64,000 bases of DNA from Felis catus. Lineage: Eukaryota. The DNA is taken from the NCBI RefSeq assembly GCF_018350175.1, contig NC_058369.1, positions 4,404,001-4,468,000 on the forward strand, read 5' to 3'. The notes below the pieces were generated by a model. That model saw only the letters and a list, made by a program, of their open reading frames with translations. It was not told the DNA's origin and did not search any database. Position numbers and translations under genes: made by a program. Shown piece after piece: positions 36,031 to 48,794 of this stretch (its first letter is position 1; each line of letters begins with the position of its first letter).

Positions 36031-37387
36031 GGTTAACTTCCGCTCTGGGGAGACACAGGGCCTTTCCCTCTTCCTGTGGGGAGAGACCCGTGGCCTCCTC
36101 AAAGCTCTCAGTTCATGCTCTCCTGGTCCCTGGTACTGGTGGCACCAGGGTCCCCTTGCCCCCGAGAAAGCAATTCCTATTTTCCCGTGAACAAGAAGCA
36201 ACAAGTCCAGAACGCCCTCAGAGAGTACCGTTGTTTCCAGCCCGGCTTCTGCCCTGATGCCCGTTTGACATTCCGAGTGTCATCTCGGTGGCCAGAAAAA
36301 CCATGTCCATTTGCTTCTCTTGGACCTCCTTCAGTGTGGGCGCGAGGTCTAAGGAGCCAGCGATGCCCACTTTAGATTCTGTCCCAACTATCCCTGCTGG
36401 CGTCGGGATAGCCCTGCTCAGCTCCAGGCACCCGGAAAAGGCTTGTGCACTTGGAGATCTAAATGTCCATCTCCTTGCTGAAAAGTGTACTCGTTAACAC
36501 ATCCTTTCTCGCTCTCGGATCCCCGCCGAGGCACCCACCCAGTGGGCACTAAAGCAGGGCTCCCAGCCTGGGCACTGCAGACATCAGCCCGTTTCTCCGT
36601 GGGGGGCTGTCCCGGGCTCTGTGGGGTGCTGACCAGCATCCCTGGCCCCTCCCACCACACGCCGGGAACACCCTCCCTCGGCCCTGAGTCTCCAGACACT
36701 GGCGACCGTCCCCTGGGGGAACGATGGCGGCCGAAGGAGAGCCATCGCTCTAAGTGAAGTGCAGTGTCCGAGAAAGGAGTTGGACAGACGGCCCTTGGGT
36801 AGAAGGCACATGTAGACAGTGACCAACAGGAAGGACAACAGAGGAGGACGCTGCAGTGACCCGGACACAAAGTAACTGCAATTCTGCCCAACGGGAGGCA
36901 GAACTGGAGGCAGAAACGTGGGCCCTGCGGAGGCTTCCCCCGTTTCTGGGGGGTATCCAGTCTCAACTGCCAGCAAGGGTGCCCCATTATTCCTTCTTTG
37001 CCTAAACCCTTCGGACGCCCCGTCGTTCCTCAATTTTTCGTTTTTTTCTTCTGCAGCAGCCGACTCTGAAGGGTCGGAGCTGGCTCCGAGTTTCTCTGGA
37101 ATGAAGTATCGACAGAATTCAAATTCCTTTTTCTGTTGGTAAGAACTGGGCTTCTGTTCCTGTTTTCTTCACAGCAGCCAAACGTTCCCTCGCCGTCCAG
37201 CAGGGGAGCGGGCCCGAGCCCTGCAAGTTGGCCGTCTGAAGGGCTCCAGGCGGGACGCAACGGGTGGGACAGGCTACTCTCATCACAAAGGACAGCGGCC
37301 TTCCCCCCCGCCCCCCATCGCAACGGGGCAACACCCACTTACGTTCCTCCCTAAAGGACACGATTTGGCAACTAGTTTAAAATTTTG

Positions 37388-37560
37388 GGGGCGCCTGGTG
37401 GCTCAGTTGGTTGTGTCCGACTTCGGCTCAGGCCATGATCTCACAGTTCACAAGTTCGAGCCCCACCTCGGGCTTGCTGCTCTTGGCATGGAACCTGTTT
37501 CGGATCCTCTGTCTCCCTCTCTCTCTGTCCCTCCCCCACTCACTCTCTCTCTCAAAAAAA
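37388..37560 (+). mobile_element. CAN-SINE
   Basis: ggggcgcctggtggctcag head, (CT)n segment, A tail. Confidence 0.88.
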
Positions 37561-38389
37561 CAAATTGTCCAAACTAAGGTATGGTTACGTCAACTCACAT
37601 GCAGTCTGACTTTGGTTGCCGTTTACAACGTCATGGGTTTAGGGGGCACGTGAATTAAAAACCACCCAGCCCTCACGGGCATCTTCACCCAGGAAATACG
37701 CTTTTGGCGGGCAGCCCAATTCCGCCGCTCGTTCATAATCCCTTGAGCGCCACCAGACTTGGTTTCCAACCACTTCTTTTCCTCAGACTTGCCGCTTCCT
37801 CTCTGCCTCCTAAGCCACTGGACTAGTTCAGGTCAGCAGGCATGTCCCCAGGCCTCGGGGCCACGTCGAACGATGTCTCCAGCGCGGACCGGACCGCCCG
37901 CCTCCCAGGGACCTGGTGCAATCCCGGCCTCCTCCTCCTTGCACACTGGAAGTTCTGGGTCTGCCTCCAGGGCAACACTGCCGGTCCGAAATCAAGGGCT
38001 ACCAAGAGTCTGACCACTGAGGGGTGGGGCGGCGTCTGTCACGTTCTGATGCCAAGGGTCTGTGGTCCTCGAGAAGGTTGAGCATCGAGCGTCACGTGGT
38101 TCCAGGCGCGGTTCACACTCACGAGGCGGCCCAGCCTGCCCTGGATGCTCCAGACCTTCTGACATGAAGACTGTCTGCTCAGAGCTGGTCCGAGAGCCCC
38201 GCTCCGTGAGCGCATCCCGGGAACAGACACCTGGCTCGCTTCCCGCTTCCCAGCCCGCCATAGGGTCTCAGCTCTGTCACGGAAAAGACCCAGCAGCCGT
38301 CATCGCAGACGTAAGGCAGGCACAACTTCTTAGCAAACACTGAGGTGGCTGACCCGCCGTGTGGACTCTCACAGAGGAGTTCGGATCTT

Positions 38390-38770
38390 AGTTCCGTCAT
38401 TCGCTGTGGCCTCAGTTTCTTTATCTGAGAAAGGGGTCGGGCGGATGAGGTGCAATGATGCATGAGGCGTGCCCGTCCCGAGCTTGGCCCCCAGTCGGTG
38501 CCTGATAAATAGAATACAACCTAGTGGAAAGGGAGAAGGGTGAGGACCCCAAAGACACCTGCATCGGCAGCGGCCAGCAATGCGGTTCGGCCTAACTGTA
38601 CCCCAGACTCTGGGCCAAGTGTGATCTTACTTAACTCTTCGGGAAGCTACTCCATTATCATCCTCGTTTTAGAAACAACAAGGGACAAATAGAGGCTCAG
38701 AGAGGTCAAGCGAGAGCTCGAGGCCACACAGCCTGAAGAGGCAGAGCTGGGTTCGAACCGGGTCTTCCTC
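38390..38770. mobile_element. Two MIR fragments in opposite orientation
   Basis: ggcctcagtttctttatctgagaaaggg (near 38410) and gaggctcagagaggtcaag...gcagagctgggttcgaacc (near 38690-38760). Confidence 0.6.
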
Positions 38771-39877
38771 CTTTCGGCAAAGGAGGCGCACTTGGTCTGT
38801 AAAGGCCCCCGAGGCTCCCACTGTCTGTGCTGCAGAGGCCGTCTCCTTCCCCTGTAAATCGTTCCTCCGCCCCGCGGCAAACAGAACTCGGAAAAATATC
38901 ATGAGCTCAGTTTTCTGCTCTACAGGTGTCTACGTAATTGAGCTTATGTCACTGGCTGGAGCTGGGATCAGCTGAAATGATTCATGTGGACGAACGACAC
39001 GGGTCCAAGCTGGACATGTACGTTTGGCCCTTTCTGTCTGGCTCAAGTCAAGAAGCGGCTCTTCCTGCCACTCAGTCACTGGGAGGGACTTGTCAATAAT
39101 GACTCCGATGCCACCGTCCCCTCCGTCTTTTCCCACAAAGCAACCAGAAAGCGGAGTGGTATCGTAGTGGGGAGCACGCCGGGGGCCCCTGCCCAGCTGG
39201 GCACATCCCATGCCCCGTGGCCCCGCTGCCACCTTGTTTTCCGCGACCCCTCGGCCCTCTCCCAGCCTCACGGGTTCACCTAGACACTACGGCCTATCCA
39301 CTTGGGCTTCGTCTTCTGCAGCCCTCCCCATCCTGCCCTCTGCTTTGTACCCACTTTGGCTGGCGCTCTCTGGAGAAAGCGAGGCCTCCTCTATGGTCTG
39401 AATGGGATGGTTACCCGACCCCTCGGCACCCCCAGTTCAATCCCAACGGCATTCAATGTGCCAGGTTCCGAGCCCGTGGGCCTGGGTGCTGGCCACTGTG
39501 CTGCCTCCACCAAATATACGGCTCTGCAGGTGGCCAGTGTGGCTGCAGAGGTCCCGACTGGCAGGGACGAGGTGGGTGGGGGCCATTCTGGTGTGAGGGT
39601 CCACTGGAGGCTGGGACTGGCGTCCCCGTGAGCACCACAGCGATTGTGAGGACAGGGGCGATGACACCTGCCAGGATGGGACTGATGCGGCCCCGGAAAG
39701 CAGGGCTGAGGCTAGAGAGCGCCGCGGCCCTCAAAGTCCACCCACCCGTGACCGCTAGAACAGGACTGCTGGGTCACAGGGAGCCGCTTCCGAATGGACC
39801 CAAGCAGCACCATGCACAGGGATGAACACCCGCCGTCCGTCACCCCCGCCCCCCCCGCCCCCCCCCCCCCATCTAGA

Positions 39878-40390
39878 GCAGGGCTCCCTGGCCTCGGTGC
39901 CGTGGCCACTGGGGCTGGATCAGTTTTGGCTGCGGGGGGGCTGTCTGGGGCCCTGTGTGTGGGGGCGGGGAGGGGGGTAGGCTGAGCAGCATCCTGGCTC
40001 CCACCCACTCCAAACCAGGAGCACCCCCAGCTGTGGAAACTAAGTGTCCCCTAGGGGACTAGTCAGCAGGGGGTGAGAGGCACTGCTCTGCCTTTTCTGG
40101 AACTGCTCATAAACTATAACCTGCATTTCAACCCAATTCCCGGGAGATTTGTACGTGCATGAAAGTTTGAGGGGCGCTTCTCTGAACCACCATCTCCCCC
40201 CTCCCCACTGCAGACGTTTGGGGCTACGTTGTTCTCTGTGGGGCATCCCAGGCACTGCGGGGGGTGGGACAGCATCCCCGGCCCCACGCACTCCATGCCA
40301 GGGGCCTCCCCTCCTCATCACAACCCCAAATGACACCACCCAGTGGTGTTCCCTGAAGGTCAGCGTGGCCCCCTTTGAGAACTACTGGTC
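39878..40390 (+). mobile_element. Cluster of hAT fragments (MER20-like, MER5A-like, MER20-like)
   Basis: gcagcatcctggc..., ctgcatttcaac...gtgcatgaaagtttgag, ...tttgagaactactggtct. Confidence 0.55.
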
Positions 40391-41249
40391 TGACGCCACG
40401 GCCTCGCTGAACCTGGTACTTCTAGACTAACCAAGCCATTCTCTATGCTCACTGCCCTCGGTTCTGCTTTCTGGGGAGGTCTGGGAGACCTGTCTCCCAG
40501 TTGTGCATGTTTGGTTCCCGGACGAGGCCGTCCTTAAGAAAACAAGGCTTTTAGAGCGCCCCCGACAGCCTGGGAGAGGAGGAGCAAGGCAGGCCGACCA
40601 GGGGCTAGCCGGGGGCTCCCTGCTCCAGGACATCTGCCCGACTGACCCCACCCCGCACAGGAGGGTGCTGCCCAGTGACAGGGGCACTTCCTGTTCCTGG
40701 AAATGGCCAATAGGCCCGAGCGTCGGGCGGTACCTCCACGACTGACTCAGGCAAAGGAGAGGCTGGCTTTTCTCCTGCTGCCAGCATCACACCCGGGACC
40801 TTTCCAAGTGACCCCGACTCCTCTCGGGGTCACCCCTCACTCCGGAGTTTCGAAAGCAGACAAACGGCCGAGCTGAACATCAGGAACTTCCCCTGTAACA
40901 GGCCAGCACTGGAGGGACCCGTACGAATCAGCCAGCCCTGCTCCTCTGCCCGCAGGATGAAGGGACCCGAAGATGTTAAGCGCTTTGCCCAAGCTGCAAG
41001 TCCTCACGTGGGGGGGGGGGTATCTCCGTGGGGAAGTTTTTTAAATGATCCATTTAATAGGAAGTTTTTAAGCGAGGCGACAATTCCTGACAAAGCACTT
41101 GCCAATTTTCTGGAATGCACAGTAGCATTTCTGTGGAAGGACTGACCTCCTCAGCACAAACTCCTCTCCCGCGATCCTGCTGTTAACAGGTTACAGGAAG
41201 AATCTTGTATTCTGATTAATCTTTTGGGGCATCTTAGTGTAAGTCAGAA

Positions 41250-42010
41250 CTTACTCATTTTGATTCCAGTAACGCTTGCTGTCACGGGAATCTTAATGAT
41301 TGCATCTAACAGGGCTGGTGGCTAACAAGCTTGCCTTGTATAGATACTCACAGCTCGCTTTTATTTGTTCTAGAACGCAAATGACATCCCATTGCAAGTT
41401 TTGGCTGCAAGACTAAGTCGGAAGCTTGTTCACATACTTCCCATTGTCCCGAGACACTAGCCGGGGTGCTGGCGAAAAGTGCAAGGGACACTTCTCGGGG
41501 CATTCAGCTACAGAGCGAGCTGCCCGTAAACCAACCGATCCGTACAACTAAAGCGAATCTCACCACGGAGCTGTCTGACTGACCGCGGGCGCTGTGCTCT
41601 GATACAGGCTGCACTTCTGCGGTTGCTGCTGCCTTAGACTGCGCTCGAGATGAACAAGGCAGGACCGAGCCCCCACCGAGAGCCTGCGCTGACTGACAGT
41701 TCCCAGTTTATAGCCCTGGCTGGTGGGCGGGGCGGGGCGGGGAGGGCGGGGCCGAGAGTGGGGGAAAGAAATGTGTCACCGGCTTTGAATGAAGCGCAGG
41801 GGCATGTTTACCCAAGCAACCAGCCCTGGTAAACAATCGCTATCTCTGGCTCACTGAGGAGGAGGTAGGGAGTGACACTGTTTTGATCAAAATCCACGGG
41901 GTGGCTGCAAAGGGCCTCTCCACGGGGTGAGGGTTTTCCACGGGGTGAGGGTTTTCCGCTCCAGTTAGAGGGAACACATCTGCTTCCCCAATATGCGCAA
42001 TATACGCGTT
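41250..42010 (-). promoter_or_regulatory. Candidate alternative promoter B: GC boxes and TATA box in RFX2 sense, with downstream splice donors
   Basis: Minus-strand CTATAAA (TATAAA at 41707-41712), four GGGCGG-type boxes at 41725-41752, donors at 41563, 41351 and 41254. Confidence 0.55.
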
Positions 42011-42504
42011 CGCCTGAGGGTCACCCGAGTATCCAACTTCTCAACGGGAAGGGAAGCGCGAGGGAGAGTAAAGAACCAGAAGGCTCTGGGCCCAGTGTCC
42101 GTCACCAGCCAATCTTATATGTGAATGTTGTCACATGTGACCCACTGGGTTCAGGTCCCGGCTTTTCTGATATTCTCCAGCAGCCGCAAGGAAAACATCA
42201 GGCTGGAAAGCACTTGAAAAGTAGGTTGGCCAGGCAATAATTTTACAAACACGGGGAATTAGATCAAAAAAGAAATTCCACTCGGGACTGAAACAAGCCT
42301 CTGGTGGAGAGCAGTCTAGGATATGTTCAAATGGCTAAAGGTTCTTCCCCCCGGATGAGCTGTCACAACGAGAGCACGTTTTCTTCCACGGAGAGCCCAG
42401 GGGGACCCAGGTCTACCTGTTGTGGCAAATCAAACTCAAACATAATCTCATCAGAGAAAAATATATGCAGATGTTCAATTAAAACCTGGAGTCCGCAGTC
42501 CTGG

Positions 42505-42605
42505 CGCTGTTTGCTGGCCCTCATTGTTTGCTGAGTAACAACGGTTGCCAGGGACAACGCAGTCCACTCCTGTCTCTAAGAGCCTGTTGCTGGGCAACCG
42601 CAAGA
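42505..42605. promoter_or_regulatory. X-box/forkhead/MYB motif cluster
   Basis: TGTTTGC twice, CAACGGTTG, GTTGCCAGGGACAAC 42544-42558, GTTGCTGGGCAAC 42586-42598. Confidence 0.6.
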
Positions 42606-43186
42606 ATACTTCCCAAACCAAACAATGTCATCCCTGGAGCAATCCCCTCTATCTCACATTAACCAGATCTAAAAAAAAACCCTCCCAAATATGTAATCTA
42701 TTATTTTCAGAAGCCCTAAGAGAAAGGCAAATAATCTCTTCTCTATAGTAACCAAGGGGGAAACAGTTTACCATATTTGTTCTGAAATAACAAAACCCAA
42801 GAAGGACCAATCTCCCCGCGGTCAGCATCAGAGCAGAGACGTCTACAAGCCTTCCCAGTGCCGGGAGGAGAAAGTGCCTTTTTCTCCAAGAGGAAAGAAT
42901 TTATTTATCATCAAGCAAACAATGTGGGATATTCATAGCTGCACATGGGTTTTCTGGGCAGGGATTATACAAACTAAAACTAACTGGGGATTGAGCTATT
43001 TGAAAAAGATGTAAGAACAGAGGAGTAGATACCTAATTTAAAAGACTTTTGAAAATGTCATGTACAGACAAATAAGTGCAAACCAAATTGTTGACTCAGC
43101 ATTAGAAGTGCCTCCCGGGACTCTGCGGGAAGGAACCGACAGCATCTGGTGTCCCTGTGCCTGCTCTTCCTGCCCCACTCAGCAAC

Positions 43187-43222
43187 AGGAAGAGGAAGAG
43201 GAAGAGGAAGAGGAAGAGGAAG
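43187..43222 (+). repeat. (AGGAAG)6 microsatellite
   Basis: Direct reading. Confidence 0.9.
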
Positions 43223-44019
43223 CCAGGCCTGGGAAGCACAGGGACACACAGTCTCGGAGAGCAGTGATAGGGAGGTGTCTAGCTTTGGCCAATCTTGACC
43301 CACCGAGAAAAAAACCCAAGCTAACCTCAAAGCCAATCCAGCCTTGGCTCTGTCCAGAGGAATTTGGGCTTTGGAACTTGGAAGGGAAGGGGATAGCACC
43401 CCATCTTACAAGGGGAGGGCACAGTTCTAAGGGGATGGTCTTATTCTAAGGGGGGAGCATGGCCAAGAATCTTAAAACATGCTGACAGAACAGGAAGTAT
43501 GTGGCCGTAGCCACAGTGGGTCCACATTTTAGGTTATAAAGGCACCCGGCACTGATAGATTTGTGCGTGATTAAGGTATACATTTTCAGCTCCCAGCTGA
43601 GGTTTGGCCTCCAGCGAAACCTGGCCTTTGAGATAGACATGACTGACGCAAAGCAACCTTCTTTTCCTAAGAGAGCATACAGGAGGCGCTCTTTGAATAA
43701 ACAAGTCAGAATGAAAGTGTTTCCTTGAGAGTAAGGGGAGGCAGACTCCACACTGTTAAAATCTGAACCTGGGTGCTAGGGAGATGGGAAGTTTGAAGCC
43801 AGATATTTGGGCCATTAACGCATGGCAAAGCAGTAACGCTGATCTCTAGCCTGGAAGTGAGACCACCAGCAGCTGAAAGTGTGGGAGTCACTGCTCCCAA
43901 GGCCTAGGGGACACTGCCAATTCTGCCTGCGCTCTGCATCTGAAGGGAGGCTCTGACACACAGCCGTGAGGGTCCCAAACCCCATCTCTGGAAAGAGGAT
44001 TGACATGGGGGTCCTCTGT

Positions 44020-45550
44020 ACATTATTCATTGATCTCAATACAAACTATTTATTGAGTGCCTGGCATGGGCCAGGCATTTCCCACTAATCAAAACAGACA
44101 AAGTTCCCTTCCCTTCTGGGACTTATATTCTGTCCCCAGGTAGTGGGGGTGGGTGGGGAAGGATAGAGACAGTAAACAAAATAAGAAAATCTACAATATA
44201 TCAGATGGCGATAGATGCCAGAGGTGGGGGGTGGGAATGGAGTGGAGGCAGGGAGCAGTGGGGTGAGATGGGGTTGCAATTTTTAAAGGATTGCCGAATG
44301 CCTCCCCCAGAAGACTCATTAAGGAAACAAGAAAAGTGAGGGGCTGAGCCATCTAGGGGAAGAGCATTCCTGTGGAGGGAATAGCCAGTGCAAAGGCCTT
44401 GAGATGAGGCCATACCTGGCTGGTGACTTGAGCTGGGCAAACCAGGAGACAAGAAGAGGGGGAAAGGCCCACAGAGACAATCATACAGGCTTCGGCTTCT
44501 GCTCAGGATGAAATAGAAGTGATCAGAGGGTTTTAGCCCAGGGAATGATCTGATCTGACTTGGTTTTAACCAGGTGCCTCTGGCTACTGGGTTGAGAACA
44601 GGCAAAGAAGGAAAAGGATGCAAGGAGACAGAGCAGCTAAGAGGGTGGTGTGATGGTCCAGGTGAGAGACGGTGACGTGGCTGAGCCTGGGTGATGAGGG
44701 TGGAGGGGTGCAAAGCAGTCAGACTCTGGATAAAGGGAGGTGGAGTCGATAGGATCTACTGATGGGCTGGATGTGGGGTGTGACAGAAGGGAGTTAAGAC
44801 TGCGTCAAAGATTTTTGGCAGGGAAAAGGATGAGATCAGGAAAACCGAGGGAGAAGCACGAGGACTGGGGAGCACTCAGAAGTTGAGTTTTAAAGGTGTG
44901 AGGTGGGTGAGAGGCTCTTAGACACCCAAGCTGGAATGCTGAGAAGGTCAACAGATATATAAGTGAGGGCCGGAGGGGCAAGTGGTAGGCTGGAGTCACC
45001 AGTGTCCAGATGCCCTGGGCCAGAGTTTTAGTATACAGATGTACAGATGTGCGTAGCGTCTAAGGATGTGGACTGGAGCCAGCAGTGTATTGCTGACAAG
45101 GACTGGAGCCAGCAGGGTATAGATGCCTACTTAAGGCCAGGAGCCTGGCTGAGCTCATCAAAAGAGGGCGGAGAAGAGGCCCAGGGTTGGGCTCTTTGGC
45201 TCTCTACCATTTAGCGATCCTAAAGAGGAGGAAATCCAGCAAACCGAGTAGCGTCCTGAGCATTAGTTGAATTGGGGGCTGAGAACTGATCGCTGGATTA
45301 TGGTGATGTGACAGAGCAGTTCCGGGGGAACCCTGTGGGCAAAGTCCACAGAGATTGGGGGATTCAAGAGAAACCAAGAGTCGTGGACCTGGAGACCCCA
45401 GGCACAGGCAGCCCTTGAGGCATCTCTGCTGGAAAGGAAAGGAGAGGAAGAAGGTAGCCATGGAAACGGGAAGTCCGCTTGGGAGAGGGCTTCTGAAATG
45501 GAAGAAGGGACGGGCAGGACCCAGCGGGCGGGAGTGGAGAGAACTGCTGG
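44020..45550 (-). mobile_element. L2 LINE (3' end at left)
   Basis: attcatt...tatttattgagtgcctggcatgggccaggca, gagcattcc...gtgcaaaggccttgag, gatgggctggatgtgggg. Confidence 0.78.
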
Positions 45551-46047
45551 CGGAGTGCCGTTACACAGGTGAGACGGGATGGAGAGATCCCGCAGAAGGG
45601 AGGAGGGGCTGGCCAGAACTTGCACGTGGCCATTGGTCCACCAGCCCAGGACAGGGCCTCCGCCCAGACGCAGGGAGAGGTGGGGTACCACCAAGTCATA
45701 AATGGGTTATCCCAAATCCGCAAGTCTCTTCAGGAGCTCCCAGTCCCCAGTGCCATCCCTCAGATGTGGGGTCCCTCTGTGACGATTCCAGGGCCCTTCC
45801 AAGTCTACTCAAGCCCCCGACAGCCAGAGCGCTGGCCCCCGCAAGGCTGCTGGGAGGCCTCCAACCTCAGCAAGGTGGAAGGCTTGAAGCGTGGGGTGGG
45901 AGCTGGGCATCGCACAAGATGACTCAGGTCTGCAGATCTCACGCCAGAGTCTCCGGCAGAGCCCGGGCTGAGAAGGGTGAGCTGGAGCTAGGGACGAGCC
46001 CCCACATGGCCTCCCTGGGCCCCAAGGCTTCAGGGCTCCATCTGCCC

Positions 46048-46335
46048 ATGCAGGGGTCTGAAAGTTTGCATCCCCCCCAAATTCATACGTGGCAACACCT
46101 AATGCTCAAGGTGTTGGGCGGTGGGGTCTTGGGGAGGGGGTGGAGCGCCCTTATGAAAGAGGCCCCAGGGAGCTCCCTCAGCCCTTCCAGGCTGTGAGGA
46201 CACAGCGAGAAGTCTGCTGCCCCCAAGAGGGCCCTCACCGGTCATGCCAGCACCCGAACTCAGAACTGGGAACACTGGATTTCCGAGGTTTAGAAGCCGG
46301 CCAGTCCGTGGTATTGTTACGACGGACTGAGCCAA
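46048..46335 (+). mobile_element. MaLR LTR fragment (MLT1A-like)
   Basis: ccccccaaattcatacgtgg...gcccttatgaaagaggcccca...gtgaggacacagcgagaag. Confidence 0.7.
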
Positions 46336-47933
46336 CCCCACGCTTGCCCCCCACCCTGTGGGTCCCCCTCAACAGCCTCACAGAACCCATCCTCCGTGTT
46401 CCGCCCCACACGCGATTTGCTCTTTCTGTTGCTTTCTTTATGATGACCATGCACCTCTTTCCAGATCCACCAAAATGTCCGATCTTTCCAGGTCCAACGA
46501 TTGCTAGAGACTAGTTCTAATACGGCTCCTTTTTCTGCCATGTCAACGTACAAACATGCAAGCTTAACTAAGAAAAAGTCTCAGCATCACGTTGAAAAAC
46601 AAAAGTGTATTTCTTGCTAAGTCATGCTGGAAGTATGCAAGATTACCAAGAAATTTAGCGTAAGATAAACAAGTACGGCCAGGAATCCTGCTGTGGGAGT
46701 TTCAAACGCAGAGTCCTCCGGCTGGGGCCACCAATGCACTCGGCACTGGGCTGGCACGCTGTCCCCTGCTGGGAGGACCTCTCGTTGCTTCAAGTGGCCT
46801 GGGAGTTGCGCCTCTAGGGGCCCGGGACCAAGAATCTAGTCAGACATCCCTTCGGCAGGACCCAGGGGTCTCTGAGGAAATGAAAATGAAGCAACAAAAG
46901 GCAAAATTGGAAATGTTTATCCAACCCGTCACCTCCCACCTCATCTCTGGCCCCGCCATCCAATCCTACGAGGACAAAAGCACATTCTGTGTCTGTCCCC
47001 GCGAAAGTTTCAACCCCAGTGCAAACCTCAGCGTGCTCTGACAGAACGGAGCAAAACAGCCTTTTACAAAAGTGTTAAACTCATTTTTCTAATTAAATCC
47101 AAAGAGAGAAGTCTTGGAGATATGTTAGGTTTTTTTTTTTTTTTTAACGAACCCTAATTAATTCTAAGACGATACACTGAAACAGATTCCATTTTCAGAA
47201 GGCATTCTAATCAAAAGGCTGGGGGGACATTTTAATTTTTTAATTAAGAAGGTGCCATGAAACCTTGAAAATATTTTAAATGGTTTCCTATTTCATAAAG
47301 GTTTGAGGTGGGCCCTCGTCTTTCTCAGCAGGCGCTCTGGGCTGGCGTGCAGCGGGGCGGGACCGTGGGGCGTGAGACCAGGGGGCAGCTCGCTCTGTCG
47401 GACACAAATGCCTGGCTTTGTGCGCTTCTGTTTTTGGTGTCTCCATTCCCGGCTCCGTATTAAGTCAGCTCCCAAAGCAGAGCACAAGATAATTTTGGAA
47501 AAAACTGGAATAGAATGTTCTAGCTCTGCTTGAAAGGTGGCAAGAGCGACAGAGAGGAGTCCTCTGAAACGTAACACAAGTAACAGTGAGCGGCCTCCGC
47601 TGGCCGCCTCTCCCCCACCCCTGTCCTCCCAGGCCCCATATTGGTTCCAATCCTCCTTGCTTCTGGAAGTCTCGGGACTGGTGTCGCCTAGCTGCTGGGC
47701 GATCTGGACCATCACTACGCTTGAAAAGCATTTACTACTACTTCAGCCGGATTTTTAAAAAGATAAACAGTTGAGACACTTCTGTCCAAATGAAATTTGA
47801 AACTGTTGGAGTAAAGAAAAAAGTCGGGTCGAATCAAAAAGCCCTCTAAAGCTTACTACTGCCTGGGATAATGAAGACGCGATTGCCTTCTGCGGAAGTC
47901 AAATCTGTTTTGCGACCTGAATTTCATGCTTAA

Positions 47934-48148
47934 ATTTTTTTTTTAACATTTATTTATTTTTGAGAGAGAGCGAGAGAGTGCGAGCGGGGCAGGGGCAGAG
48001 AGAGAGAGGGAGACACAGAATCCGAAGCAGGCTCCAGGCTCCGATCTGACAGCACAGAGCCTGACGCAGGGCTTGAGCCCACGAACTTGAGATCATGACC
48101 TGAGCCGAAGTCTGGCGATCAAGCGACTGAGCCACCCAGGCGCCACCC
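47934..48148 (-). mobile_element. CAN-SINE
   Basis: Perfect 15-bp TSD gaatttcatgcttaa at 47919 and 48149. Confidence 0.94.
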
Positions 48149-48794
48149 GAATTTCATGCTTAAGAGGAGATTAAGCGTGGATGGCTGACCTCAGTGGTGT
48201 GGGCTCGGTGCCCCTCTCTGGGGATCTAAGGCATCTCCCCGGGCTACTACTCAGCGCGTGTTGATGAGGAGGACATCTGTGAGGCTGCAGGAGACCAGCA
48301 GAAAGCTGCCGGATTCTTCTCCCTCTGGCGGATAGGACGTGTGCATTTGGTCCTTACTTGTGTGTGACCGCGGCTAACCACACGGGGACTTCTTGTAGCC
48401 GCTAGACAGGCCTGTGCAGGCCTCAGGGGCTCTGGGAAGTGTCCCAGTCAAGGTCAACACTCAAGAAGACAGAAGATGGAATGGGGCAGTCCCACCCCAA
48501 GCGGGCTGCTGGGTCCAGGTGGGGGCCGCTGTGGAGCTGGGGGCAGGGTAGGAGGCACCCAGGGCAGGGGCACCTGCTGAGAGGAGCAGGGGGGCGCCAG
48601 TGCCCTCCCTGAGCGTTTCCCCTCACTCCTGCTCTCCTCCCCGACCAGCATCCTCCTACCCTTGAGTGCGCGACAGGGGAGAGCGCCCAGGGCCCGTGTC
48701 TTCCCCTCGACACACGGCCCAAGCAGAGCGATGACGCCGTGTAAACAGAACATGCTTCCTGAGAGGAGGCGCTGCGTCCAAGTCCCGTGTCCTC

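Noticed and set aside
43060..43449. ORF with a poly-Glu tract
   Set aside because: Explained by the (AGGAAG)6 microsatellite; no other coding signal.
45355..46197. 280-aa + strand ORF
   Set aside because: Spans the end of an L2 and an MLT1 LTR; no recognisable protein.
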